Below are positions 7,660 through 16,309 of a stretch of 64,000 bases of DNA, piece after piece; position 1 is the first letter of the stretch, and every line of letters starts with the position of its first letter. Both the position numbers and the translations under genes were made by a program. The notes below the pieces were generated by a model that saw only the letters and a program-made list of their open reading frames with translations, did not search any database and was not told the DNA's origin. Source of the DNA: Acidobacteriota bacterium (GTDB lineage Bacteria > Acidobacteriota > Thermoanaerobaculia > Gp7-AA8). The stretch spans positions 128,001-192,000 of the forward strand of contig JAFATB010000014.1 of the NCBI GenBank assembly GCA_019244185.1, in the 5' to 3' direction.

Positions 7660-8877
7660 TCAGTTCCCGCTTTTTCGCGCCGCGGCGATCGCTTCCGGCG
7701 TGTAGCCTTCCCACTCCCATGGCGTGACGGTGTCGCCGAGAATGCGCTCGAGGAGCGCGCGGAACGCGAGCTCGCCGTTGTCGCTGTTGGTCAGCAGGAT
7801 CATGCAGGTCTGATGGCGATCGAAGCAGACGACGTAGTTCTGCGCGCCGTCGCCGTGGCCTTCCTTGAAGAACGCCGTTCCGAACGTCGTCTTCGTCAGC
7901 AGTCCCCATCCCAACCCGTACGCAAGACCGACATTCTTCGCCTCGGCGCCTTCGGGCTCGTTCTCCGCGAGCGCGAACTGGTGCAGCGTGCGGATCGGAA
8001 TCACCGGCTCGAACATCTTCGCGCGCGTGGCGGGCTTGAGAATCGTTCCGCCGAAGAGCGCGGAGAGGAAGCGCGCGAGATCGTCGGCGGTCGTGGTCAT
8101 CGAGCCCGCGCCGCGCGCGGGATTGCGGCGCGTCTTCGCGTGAAACTTGCCGTCCGCGTCGAAGCGATCGGAGATGTCGTCCTCGAACTCCTTGCGGAAG
8201 ACCATGCCGGTGCGGGTCATGCCGAGCGGTGTGAAGAGCGCGTCCTGCATGAGCGTCGCGAGCGGCTGTCCTTTCTTCTGCTCGATGACGAACTGCAGCA
8301 GGTTGATGCCTTCGCCGGAGTACGAGTAGCGGCTGCCGGGCGCGAAGTGCAGGCGCATCTTCTGATCGGGCTCGAGGAACGCGAAGTTGAGCAGGCCCGA
8401 GGTGTGCGCGAGCAGCATGCGCGGCGTGACGCGCGGCCATTGCGGATCGGCGACGAGCAGCGACGCCGACTCGTGATACGGCTCGTATTGGTCGAGAGGC
8501 TTCTCCAGCTGTCGCGCGACCGGCACGTCGAGATCGAATTCGCCGCGCTCGACGAGCTGCAGCACGTACGTCGCGAAGACGCTCTTCGTGATCGACGCCG
8601 CCCACGTCGTCGTCGTGCGCTGCATCGGCAGCGCGGGATCGAGGCCGCGCATGCCGAACGCCTCGCTCCAGACGAGCTGCCCTTCGTTGAGGACCGCGAG
8701 CTCGGCGCCGGTGACGTGCTGCGCGGCGAGCGTTTCGCGCGCGAACTTCGACGCCGCGTCGAGCGTGATGCGCGAGCCGTCGAGGCGGCGGATGCTCTTG
8801 ACCGTCGCCGCATGCGCGGCGAACGGGACGAGCAGCAGGACGAGCGCGGAACAGACGTGACGTCGCATCGACGTCAT
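7660..8877 (-). CDS. Serine hydrolase, beta-lactamase class C-like family
   Basis: Signal peptide; ASITK (SxxK), LLAHTSG, PGSRYSYSGEG, YGLGW. Confidence 0.88.
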   Translation of the reverse strand: MTSMRRHVCSALVLLLVPFAAHAATVKSIRRLDGSRITLDAASKFARETLAAQHVTGAELAVLNEGQLVWSEAFGMRGLDPALPMQRTTTTWAASITKSVFATYVLQLVERGEFDLDVPVARQLEKPLDQYEPYHESASLLVADPQWPRVTPRMLLAHTSGLLNFAFLEPDQKMRLHFAPGSRYSYSGEGINLLQFVIEQKKGQPLATLMQDALFTPLGMTRTGMVFRKEFEDDISDRFDADGKFHAKTRRNPARGAGSMTTTADDLARFLSALFGGTILKPATRAKMFEPVIPIRTLHQFALAENEPEGAEAKNVGLAYGLGWGLLTKTTFGTAFFKEGHGDGAQNYVVCFDRHQTCMILLTNSDNGELAFRALLERILGDTVTPWEWEGYTPEAIAAARKSGN

Positions 8878-8897
8878 CGTCTCACGGAGACGTCATC

Positions 8898-11800
8898 TCA
8901 CGAACGCAGCGCCTGCACCGCGCGCAGCAGCTCGTCGGGATCGAACGGTTTCGCGACGTGGCGCGCGAAGCCGGCCTCGCGCACGCGCTCCTCGTCCTCG
9001 GGCCGCACGTACGCGGTGATCGCGAGCGCGGGCAGCCGTTTGCCATGCTCGCGCAGGCGGCGCAGCAGCGCGTAGCCGTCTTCGTGCGGCATGGCGAGAT
9101 CGCTCACGAGCACGTCGGGACGCCACTCGTTCACGGCCTTGAACGCGTCGGCGGCATTCGCGCACGCGAGCACGGTTGCGCCGGACGACTGGAGCACCCG
9201 CGTCATGAGCTGCCGCGCGCCAGGGTCGTCGTCGACGACGAGGATGCGCGTGCCGGCGAGCTCGCGCGCGTCGCGCGGCGTATGCGCGGTCTCGGCGGCG
9301 GCGACGCGCGAGCCGTGCTCGAGCAGCGGCAGCGTGACGATGAACGATGAGCCCTTGCCGATGCCTTCGCTTTCGGCGCGGATGTTGCCGCTGTGCGCCT
9401 CGACGAGCGACGACACGATCGCGAGGCCGAGGCCGAGGCCGCCGTGCTTGCGGCTCGACGACGCGTCGGCCTGGCGGAAACGGTCGAAGACGTGCGGGAG
9501 AAACTTCGGGTCGATGCCTTCGCCGGTATCGCGCACGACGACTTCCGCGTGTCCCGCGCCGCCGTCGTCGCGGTGCCGCAGCGCGACGTCGACGGCGCCG
9601 CCGCGCGGCGTGAACTTGATCGCGTTGACGAGCAGGTTGCCGAACACCTGCTTGAGCCGCGTCGCGTCGCCGTAGACGGGCACGACGTCGCGCGCGCCGA
9701 CGCGCAGCGCGATCTGCTTCGCCTCCGCGGACGGCCGCACCATCTCCACCGCGGCATCGATGACCGAGCCGAGGTCGAGCGGCTGGAAGTCGACGTGCAG
9801 CTTTCCCGACACGATGCGCGAGACGTCGAGCAGATCGTCGATGAGCTTCATCTGATTGGCGAAGCTCTCCTCGATCGCGCGCAGGCCGGTGTCGAGCATC
9901 TGCGGATCGCGCGTGCGCGCGAGCAGCTTCGCCCAGCCGTAGCCGGACGTGAGCGGCGTGCGCAGCTCGTGCGACAGCGTCGCGAGGAACGCGTCCTTCG
10001 CTTCTTCCGCGCGCTTGCGATCGGTGATGTCGACGACGGACGTGAGGATGCACGGCCGCCCGCTGATGTCGACCAGCGCCGCGCCGACCATGCACGTCAG
10101 CTGGCTGCCGTCCTTCATCCGGAACGATGCTTCGACGTCGGTGATGTGCTCGCCCGCGCGCATCCGCGCCAGTCCGGCCGCGCGCACTTCGGGATCGATC
10201 CACAGCCCGAGCTCTTCCGGCGTGCGTCCGAGCGCCTCGGCGCGCGAGTAGCCGGTGAGGCGCACGAAGCCGTCGTTGACGTCGATGAGGCGGCCATCGG
10301 CGGCGGAGGTGATCGTGAGCGCGAGCGGGCTGCGGTCGAACGCGGTCGCGAACTTCGCCTCGGATGCCGCGAGCGCGCGCTGGACGTCGCGGCGGATGCG
10401 CTGCATGCGCACGTGCGCGTCGACGCGCGCGAGGAGCTCCTTCGCGCTGAACGGTTTGATCAGGTAGTCGTCCGCGCCCGCTTCGAGTCCTTCGACGCGC
10501 GACTCTTCGCCGGCGCGCGCGGAGAGGAGGATCACCGGCACGCCGCACGTGCGCTCGTCGCCGCGCAGCGCGCGCAGCAGCTCGAAGCCGTCGAGCACCG
10601 GCATCATGACGTCGGAGAGCACGAGGTCGGGGAGCTTGCGCCGCGCGGCGTCGAGCGCGGCCGCGCCGTCCGCCACGGCTTCGACTTCGTACGTGTGGCC
10701 GAGGATGCGCTGCACGTACTCGCGCATGTCGTCGTTGTCGTCGGCGAGGAGGATGCGCGCGCGCTCGCCGCCGAACTGTGAAACGTCCGGTGCGGTTTCC
10801 GGCGCGGCTTCGAGCGCGCGCAGCGGCTCGTCGAGATACATCTCGCCGCGCACCGAGGACGTCGCGAGCTTTCGCGGCGCGCCGATGCGCTCGGGCGGAA
10901 GATGCGCGCTGCCGCGCGGAATGCTCACTGTGAACGTGGTGCCGCGATCGACGACGCTCTCCGCGCGCACGCTGCCGCCGTGCAAGCGCGCGAGCTCCTG
11001 CACGAGCGCGAGGCCGATGCCGCTGCCCTCGAACGTGCGGCCGCGCGCGTTCTTCACGCGATGGAAGCGCTCGAAGAGATGCGGCAGCTCGTCTTCCGGA
11101 ATGCCGGTGCCGGTATCGCGCACGGTCAGCTCGACGCGGTCGTCGTGTTCGCGCAGCGCGACTTCGATCTCGCCGTCGAACGTGAACTTGAAGGCGTTCG
11201 ACAGCAGGTTGAGGACGAGCTTCTCCCACAGCTCGCGATCGACGTACACCGGCTCGGAGAGCGGCGGGCAATCGACGAGGAAGCGCAGCCCGGCGCGCTC
11301 GATGGCGGAGCGGAACACGCCGGCGAGATCGGCGGTGAGCTCCGCGAGCGCGGTCGGCTCGTACGCGGCGTCGATGCGTCCCGCCTCGATGCGCGAGAAG
11401 TCGAGCAGCGTGTTCACGAGCTTCAGCAGCCGCAGCGCGTTGCGGTGCGCGAGCGCGAGCCGGTCGCGCGTCGTGGCATCCACCTCATCGGCCGCGAGCA
11501 GCTCCTCGATCGGACCGAGCATCAGCGTGAGCGGCGTGCGGAACTCGTGGGAGACGTTCGAGAAGAACGCCGTCTTCGCGCGGTCGAGCTCCGCGAGCGC
11601 CTCGGCGCGCTGCCGTTCGACCTCGTACGCGCGCGCGTCCGCGATGACCGTGGTGATGTGGCCGGCCACGAGCGTGTAAAACGCGCGGTAGTCGTCGTCG
11701 AGCGCGCGGTGCGGGCTGATGCCGGCCACGAGCAGGCCGGTCGTCTCTTCCTCGCCCGGCACGTTGAGCGGCAGCGCGATCGCGCGTCCCGGCCAGATCT

Positions 11801-12464
11801 CCGGCGGCTCGTTCCAGTCGAAGTGCGACGGCGGATGCACGGGTGGACGTCCGACCGCGGCGATGCATTCGGCGCGGTTGCCGGGGCGGCGCAGGTAGAT
11901 CGCGGCGAACGGCACGTCGTGCGGATTCGCCTCGAGCAGGTCCGCGGCGTTGCGGCACGCTTCCTCGACGGAACGCGCCACGCTCGCGCGCGCGGCGAGC
12001 TCGCGCAGCGTGTCGAGGCGGCGCTGCCCGATCACGCGCGACGTCGTCTCGAACACCGCCGTGAAGATGCCGCCGATGCCGCCGCTCTCGTCGACGATCG
12101 GGCTGTACGAGAACGTGAAGTACGTTTCCTCGGCGTAGCCGTGGCGATCCATCAGCAGCATCTGATCGTCGGACCACGTCGCTTTTCCCTCGCGCATGAC
12201 CTGCGTGAGCATCGGGCCGATGATCGGCCAGATCTCGGGCCACACGTCGCGGCCGGGGCGGCCGAGGGCTTGGGGATGTTTTGTGCCGAGGATTTGGGCG
12301 TAGGCGTCGTTGTAGAGCTTGATCAGCTCCGGGCCCCACCAGATCAGGATCGGGAACCGCGACGCGAGACAGATGCTCAGCGACGTGCGAAGACTCTGCG
12401 GCCACGCCTCGCGCGCGCCGATGGGAGTCTGCGACCAGTCGAAGCGGTCGATCCGCTCCTGCAT
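8898..12464 (-). CDS. Hybrid sensor histidine kinase (PAS-GAF-HisKA-HATPase-REC-PAS-HisKA-HATPase-REC)
   Basis: DWSQTPIG..EAWPQSLR N-terminus; two H-boxes (SHEFRTPL, SHELRTPL), N/G boxes and two receiver domains (SDVMMP, SDLAMP); start uncertain (12464 or 12554). Confidence 0.92.
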   Translation of the reverse strand: MQERIDRFDWSQTPIGAREAWPQSLRTSLSICLASRFPILIWWGPELIKLYNDAYAQILGTKHPQALGRPGRDVWPEIWPIIGPMLTQVMREGKATWSDDQMLLMDRHGYAEETYFTFSYSPIVDESGGIGGIFTAVFETTSRVIGQRRLDTLRELAARASVARSVEEACRNAADLLEANPHDVPFAAIYLRRPGNRAECIAAVGRPPVHPPSHFDWNEPPEIWPGRAIALPLNVPGEEETTGLLVAGISPHRALDDDYRAFYTLVAGHITTVIADARAYEVERQRAEALAELDRAKTAFFSNVSHEFRTPLTLMLGPIEELLAADEVDATTRDRLALAHRNALRLLKLVNTLLDFSRIEAGRIDAAYEPTALAELTADLAGVFRSAIERAGLRFLVDCPPLSEPVYVDRELWEKLVLNLLSNAFKFTFDGEIEVALREHDDRVELTVRDTGTGIPEDELPHLFERFHRVKNARGRTFEGSGIGLALVQELARLHGGSVRAESVVDRGTTFTVSIPRGSAHLPPERIGAPRKLATSSVRGEMYLDEPLRALEAAPETAPDVSQFGGERARILLADDNDDMREYVQRILGHTYEVEAVADGAAALDAARRKLPDLVLSDVMMPVLDGFELLRALRGDERTCGVPVILLSARAGEESRVEGLEAGADDYLIKPFSAKELLARVDAHVRMQRIRRDVQRALAASEAKFATAFDRSPLALTITSAADGRLIDVNDGFVRLTGYSRAEALGRTPEELGLWIDPEVRAAGLARMRAGEHITDVEASFRMKDGSQLTCMVGAALVDISGRPCILTSVVDITDRKRAEEAKDAFLATLSHELRTPLTSGYGWAKLLARTRDPQMLDTGLRAIEESFANQMKLIDDLLDVSRIVSGKLHVDFQPLDLGSVIDAAVEMVRPSAEAKQIALRVGARDVVPVYGDATRLKQVFGNLLVNAIKFTPRGGAVDVALRHRDDGGAGHAEVVVRDTGEGIDPKFLPHVFDRFRQADASSSRKHGGLGLGLAIVSSLVEAHSGNIRAESEGIGKGSSFIVTLPLLEHGSRVAAAETAHTPRDARELAGTRILVVDDDPGARQLMTRVLQSSGATVLACANAADAFKAVNEWRPDVLVSDLAMPHEDGYALLRRLREHGKRLPALAITAYVRPEDEERVREAGFARHVAKPFDPDELLRAVQALRS

Positions 12465-12587
12465 CGAGAGGGCATCGGGCTGTCGCAAGGGATGAATGCT
12501 ACCGCGCTCTGCCGCGAATGTGGCGAACGTCACGCCGTCCAGCTCGCCGTCCATGATTCAATCCGTCTTTCAATCGAGGAGGATGAG

Positions 12588-14582
12588 ATGAAACGAGCGA
12601 TCTTCACCGTCGCCGCGACGGTGCTCGCGCTCTTCCCGCGTGTGGGCGCGGCGAGCGAGAGCTTCACGCTGACGATTCCGCAACGGTTCGACGCGACGCA
12701 GGAGATCGGCGAAGTCCGCATCGTCCTCGGCCTGAACGCCGCGCCCGCCGGCGCGCAGCTCGTCGTCGGCGGCAGCGCGACGATCGCGCTCGGCGCGACG
12801 CAGACGGTCGCCGGCGATTCGATCGCGTTCTCGAGCGGCCCCGGCAACGCGGTCATGATCCGCTACCGCCCGCTCTCGAACTTCGGCGCAGATTTCTGCG
12901 CGGGTGCCGGCGCGACCGAGAAGAACATCGCGCTGCGTTTCTCCGGCGCGCAGGACGTCGTCGAGTACCGCCTGAGCTCCTTCGTCGTCGGCGCGCCGAA
13001 TGCGGAATGCTCCGACGTCTCGCGCCGCGTCGCGGACATGGCGGCCACGATCGTGCCCGCCGCGGACGGCGTCGCGCCGGCGCTCAGCGCGACGAATCGC
13101 GGCCGTCTGCCGCTCGATGTGATCCTCGTGCTCGACAAGTCGGGGAGCATGGCCGATCCGCCGCCCGACGCGGGACCGAATTTCCCGACGTCGAAGGCGG
13201 CCATTCTCAAGTCGGCCGCCAAAGCGTTCGTTGCGCAATGGCGGCAGATCGACGCGCCGACCGGCAGCGGCGACTGGTCGGAAGACCGCATCGGCGTCGT
13301 GCTCTTCGACAGCACGGCCACGCCGCAGTCGCTCGCCGGCGGCGTGCCGCCCGCGAACTTCTTCGTGAAGCGCGGCTCGTCGGCGGCGCCGGGACCGTGG
13401 GATGCGGTGACCGGCGCGATCGATGGTTTGACGCCGGGCGCATCGACGTCGATCGGCGCCGGCATCAACGCCGCGCACCAGCAGTGGAAGAACGATCCCG
13501 CGCACGACCTCACGTGCATCGTCGTCACCGACGGCATGCAGAACACCGCGCCGCTCATCACCGCGGCGCCGAGCGGCTTCCTGAGCCTCACGCCGGTCGC
13601 GGGACTGGCGGCGGAGCTGCGTCAGCGTTTCATCCCGATCCAGACGATCGGCTTCGGCACGCCGGCCGCGGTCGACGAGAACCTGCTGCGCAACATCTCG
13701 TTCGAGACCGCGGGGCGTTCGTACATCAGCGTCAACGCGACGACGATGTTCGACGCGTTCGGCATGACGCTCGTGTCGAGTCTCAAAGGCAACACGGCAT
13801 CGATCGCGACGCGCCAGTCCGCCTCGCTCGCCGGCCTCGGGCCGACCGCCGCGAAGCCGGTGATCGTCGACAAGTCGGCGCGCCGCGTCGTCTTCTCGCT
13901 GCAGTGGACGCCGCCGCTGCGCAACGCGCTCGAGCTCGAAGTCTTCCGTCCCGGCAGCACGAAGCGCGCGACGCCGACGCGCGGCGAGCATCTGCCGCAG
14001 GCGTCGCTGCAGACGTTCGATCTGCGGCCGTCCGACGTCGGCACGTGGAGCGTGCGCGTGCGCGGAAAGCTACTCGATCAGAAAGCGCCGATCCCGTACA
14101 CGCTCAACGTCTTCTTCCTCGAGCGGCACCTCGACTACCGGCTGACGCTCGATCCGCCGCACCCGGGCGTTGGGCAGGAGATGCATCTGCGCGCGGAGCT
14201 CTCGTACGACGGCAAGCCGCTCACGCATCTGCCCGCGGGCGCGGTGCGCGTGCGCGTGCTGCGTCCGAGGAAGACGCTCGAGGCCGTGCTGCGCGATGTG
14301 AAGGTCGTGAAGCAACGCCCCGAAACGCACGGCGATCCGCTGTCGGCGACGGAGCGCGCGCTCGCGTCGCTCACGCCGGCGCAGCTCGCGCAACTGCTGC
14401 CGTCGGACGCCGAGACCGTCACGCTGAAGGAAGAGAAGCGCGGCTTCTACGGCGTGACGATCGACAAGGCGCTGCTCGGCGGCTCGTACGCGTTCGAAGT
14501 CGTGCTCGACTGGACCGACTCGCGCACGGGTCGCGTGCATCGCGAGGAGCGGCTCGAACAGCTCGTGACCGCGCGTCCGTAG
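12588..14582 (+). CDS. Secreted von Willebrand factor A domain protein
   Basis: GAGGAGG RBS; signal peptide; MIDAS motif LVLDKSGSM...TSIGAGI...VTDGMQN. Confidence 0.85.
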   Translation: MKRAIFTVAATVLALFPRVGAASESFTLTIPQRFDATQEIGEVRIVLGLNAAPAGAQLVVGGSATIALGATQTVAGDSIAFSSGPGNAVMIRYRPLSNFGADFCAGAGATEKNIALRFSGAQDVVEYRLSSFVVGAPNAECSDVSRRVADMAATIVPAADGVAPALSATNRGRLPLDVILVLDKSGSMADPPPDAGPNFPTSKAAILKSAAKAFVAQWRQIDAPTGSGDWSEDRIGVVLFDSTATPQSLAGGVPPANFFVKRGSSAAPGPWDAVTGAIDGLTPGASTSIGAGINAAHQQWKNDPAHDLTCIVVTDGMQNTAPLITAAPSGFLSLTPVAGLAAELRQRFIPIQTIGFGTPAAVDENLLRNISFETAGRSYISVNATTMFDAFGMTLVSSLKGNTASIATRQSASLAGLGPTAAKPVIVDKSARRVVFSLQWTPPLRNALELEVFRPGSTKRATPTRGEHLPQASLQTFDLRPSDVGTWSVRVRGKLLDQKAPIPYTLNVFFLERHLDYRLTLDPPHPGVGQEMHLRAELSYDGKPLTHLPAGAVRVRVLRPRKTLEAVLRDVKVVKQRPETHGDPLSATERALASLTPAQLAQLLPSDAETVTLKEEKRGFYGVTIDKALLGGSYAFEVVLDWTDSRTGRVHREERLEQLVTARP

Positions 14583-14601
14583 AGTCCGCGGGACGGCATG
14601 G

Positions 14602-14617
14602 TGGCGCGCGCACTGCA
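14602..14617 (+). promoter_or_regulatory. Possible sigma54 promoter of the pao operon
   Basis: TGGCGCGCGCACTGCA, GG-N10-GC spacing, ending 33 nt upstream of the start codon. Confidence 0.55.
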
Positions 14618-14649
14618 CGCGCGTTGGACGTCGAAAGGAGACGTCACCG

Positions 14650-15336
14650 ATGACCTTGCCGCCCTGCTGGACTCCGCCCGATGACCACGACGCGCCGCAG
14701 GAAGATGCAGCGGCGGCACCGCCGCAGGAGTCGCCGCTGCATGCGACGCGTCGCTCGTTCCTGATCGGCTCCGCGGTCGTGACCGCGAGCGCGCTCGTCG
14801 CTCCGTTGCTCGGCGAAGAAAAAGCAGCGGCGGCGGCGCACGACGCGGGGCCGAATGCAGTGAGCGTCACGCTCAATGTGAACGGCAAGCCGCACGCGCT
14901 GCGGCTCGACCCGCGCACGACGCTCCTCGACGCGCTGCGCGAGCGGCTCGATCTCACCGGCACGAAGAAAGGCTGCGATCAGGGCGCGTGCGGCGCGTGC
15001 ACGGTGCTCGTCGACGGCCGCCGCGTCAACTCCTGTCTCACGCTCGCCGTCATGCACGAGCACCAGCAGATCGTCACGATTGAAGGGCTGTCGCAGAACG
15101 GCCAGCTGCATCCGGTGCAGGCCGCATTCATCCGCCACGATGGCTTCCAGTGCGGCTACTGCACGCCGGGGCAGATCTGCTCCGCGGTCGCGCTGCTGCG
15201 CGAAGGGCACACCGGCAGCGATGACGAGATCCGCGAATGGATGAGCGGGAACATCTGCCGTTGCGGCGCGTACGTGAACATCGTCGCCGCGATCCGCGAC
15301 GCGGAGAAGAACGGAGGCGCGCATGCATCCCTTTGA
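14650..15336 (+). CDS. paoA: Aldehyde oxidoreductase 2Fe-2S subunit with Tat signal (PaoA/YagT-like)
   Basis: TRRSFL twin-arginine motif; GCDQGACGAC, FQCGYCTPG, GNICRCGAY. Confidence 0.88.
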   Translation: MTLPPCWTPPDDHDAPQEDAAAAPPQESPLHATRRSFLIGSAVVTASALVAPLLGEEKAAAAAHDAGPNAVSVTLNVNGKPHALRLDPRTTLLDALRERLDLTGTKKGCDQGACGACTVLVDGRRVNSCLTLAVMHEHQQIVTIEGLSQNGQLHPVQAAFIRHDGFQCGYCTPGQICSAVALLREGHTGSDDEIREWMSGNICRCGAYVNIVAAIRDAEKNGGAHASL

Positions 15337-16309
15337 TTACGTGCGCGTGTCGACGGTGCCCGAGGCGGTGAAATCGGGGTCGCGCGAATCGGCGAAGTTC
15401 GTCGCGGGCGGCACGAACCTCATCGACCTGATGAAGTGCACGGTCGAGCGGCCGGCGCACGTCGTCGACGTCAACGCGCTGCCGCTCGCGTCGATCGAAG
15501 CGGTGAGCGGCGGCATTCGCATCGGCGCGCTCGCGCGCATGTCCGACGTGGCCGCGCATCCGCTCGTGCAGCAGCGCTTTCCCGCGGTGTCGCAGGCGCT
15601 GCTCCTCAGCGCGTCGCCGCAGTTGCGGAACGCCGCGTCGATCGGCGGCAATCTCATGCAGCGCACGCGCTGCCCGTACTTTCGCGAGCTGATCTGGACG
15701 CCGTGCAACAAGCGCAATCCTGGCAGCGGCTGTTCGGCGCGCGAAGGAGAGAACCGCATGCAGGCGGTGATCGGCACGTCGGACGCCTGCATCGCCACGC
15801 ATCCGTCCGACTTCGCCGTCGCCGTCGCCGCGCTCGACGGCGTGCTCACGCTGCACGGGCCGAAGGGCGAGCGGCGCGTGAACGCGGTCGACTTCCATCT
15901 GCTCCCCGGACGCACGCCGCATCTCGAGCACGACCTCGCGCACGGGGAGCTCATCACGTCGGTCTTCCTGCCGGACGCGCCGCACGCCGCGCACTCGTCG
16001 TATCTCAAGGTGCGCGACCGTTCGTCGTACGAGTTCGCACTCGCATCGGCCGCGGTCGGTCTCGCGCTGGACGGCAACACGATCCGCGGCGCGCGCGTGG
16101 CGTTCGGCGGCATCGGCACGAAGCCGTGGCGCGCGCGTGCCGCCGAGGCGGTGCTCATCGGGAAAGCGGCGACGGTAGACGTCTTCCGCGCCGCCGCGGA
16201 TGTGGAGCTGAAGGACGCGCGCGGCTACGGCCAGAACGACTTCAAGATCGAGCTCGCGAAGCGCACGCTCGTCCGTGCGCTCGGCGATCTCGCCGGAGGT
16301 GCCGCATGA
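15323..16309 (+). CDS. paoB: Aldehyde oxidoreductase FAD-binding subunit with 4Fe-4S insert (PaoB/YagS-like)
   Basis: AGGTNLIDLMK; QRTRCPYFR...CNKR.PGSGC...CIATHPSD; KVRDRSSYEFAL. Confidence 0.9.
   Translation: MHPFDYVRVSTVPEAVKSGSRESAKFVAGGTNLIDLMKCTVERPAHVVDVNALPLASIEAVSGGIRIGALARMSDVAAHPLVQQRFPAVSQALLLSASPQLRNAASIGGNLMQRTRCPYFRELIWTPCNKRNPGSGCSAREGENRMQAVIGTSDACIATHPSDFAVAVAALDGVLTLHGPKGERRVNAVDFHLLPGRTPHLEHDLAHGELITSVFLPDAPHAAHSSYLKVRDRSSYEFALASAAVGLALDGNTIRGARVAFGGIGTKPWRARAAEAVLIGKAATVDVFRAAADVELKDARGYGQNDFKIELAKRTLVRALGDLAGGAA

Noticed and set aside
8898-12464. Double-kinase hybrid sensor as a novelty
   Set aside because: This architecture is common in soil bacteria
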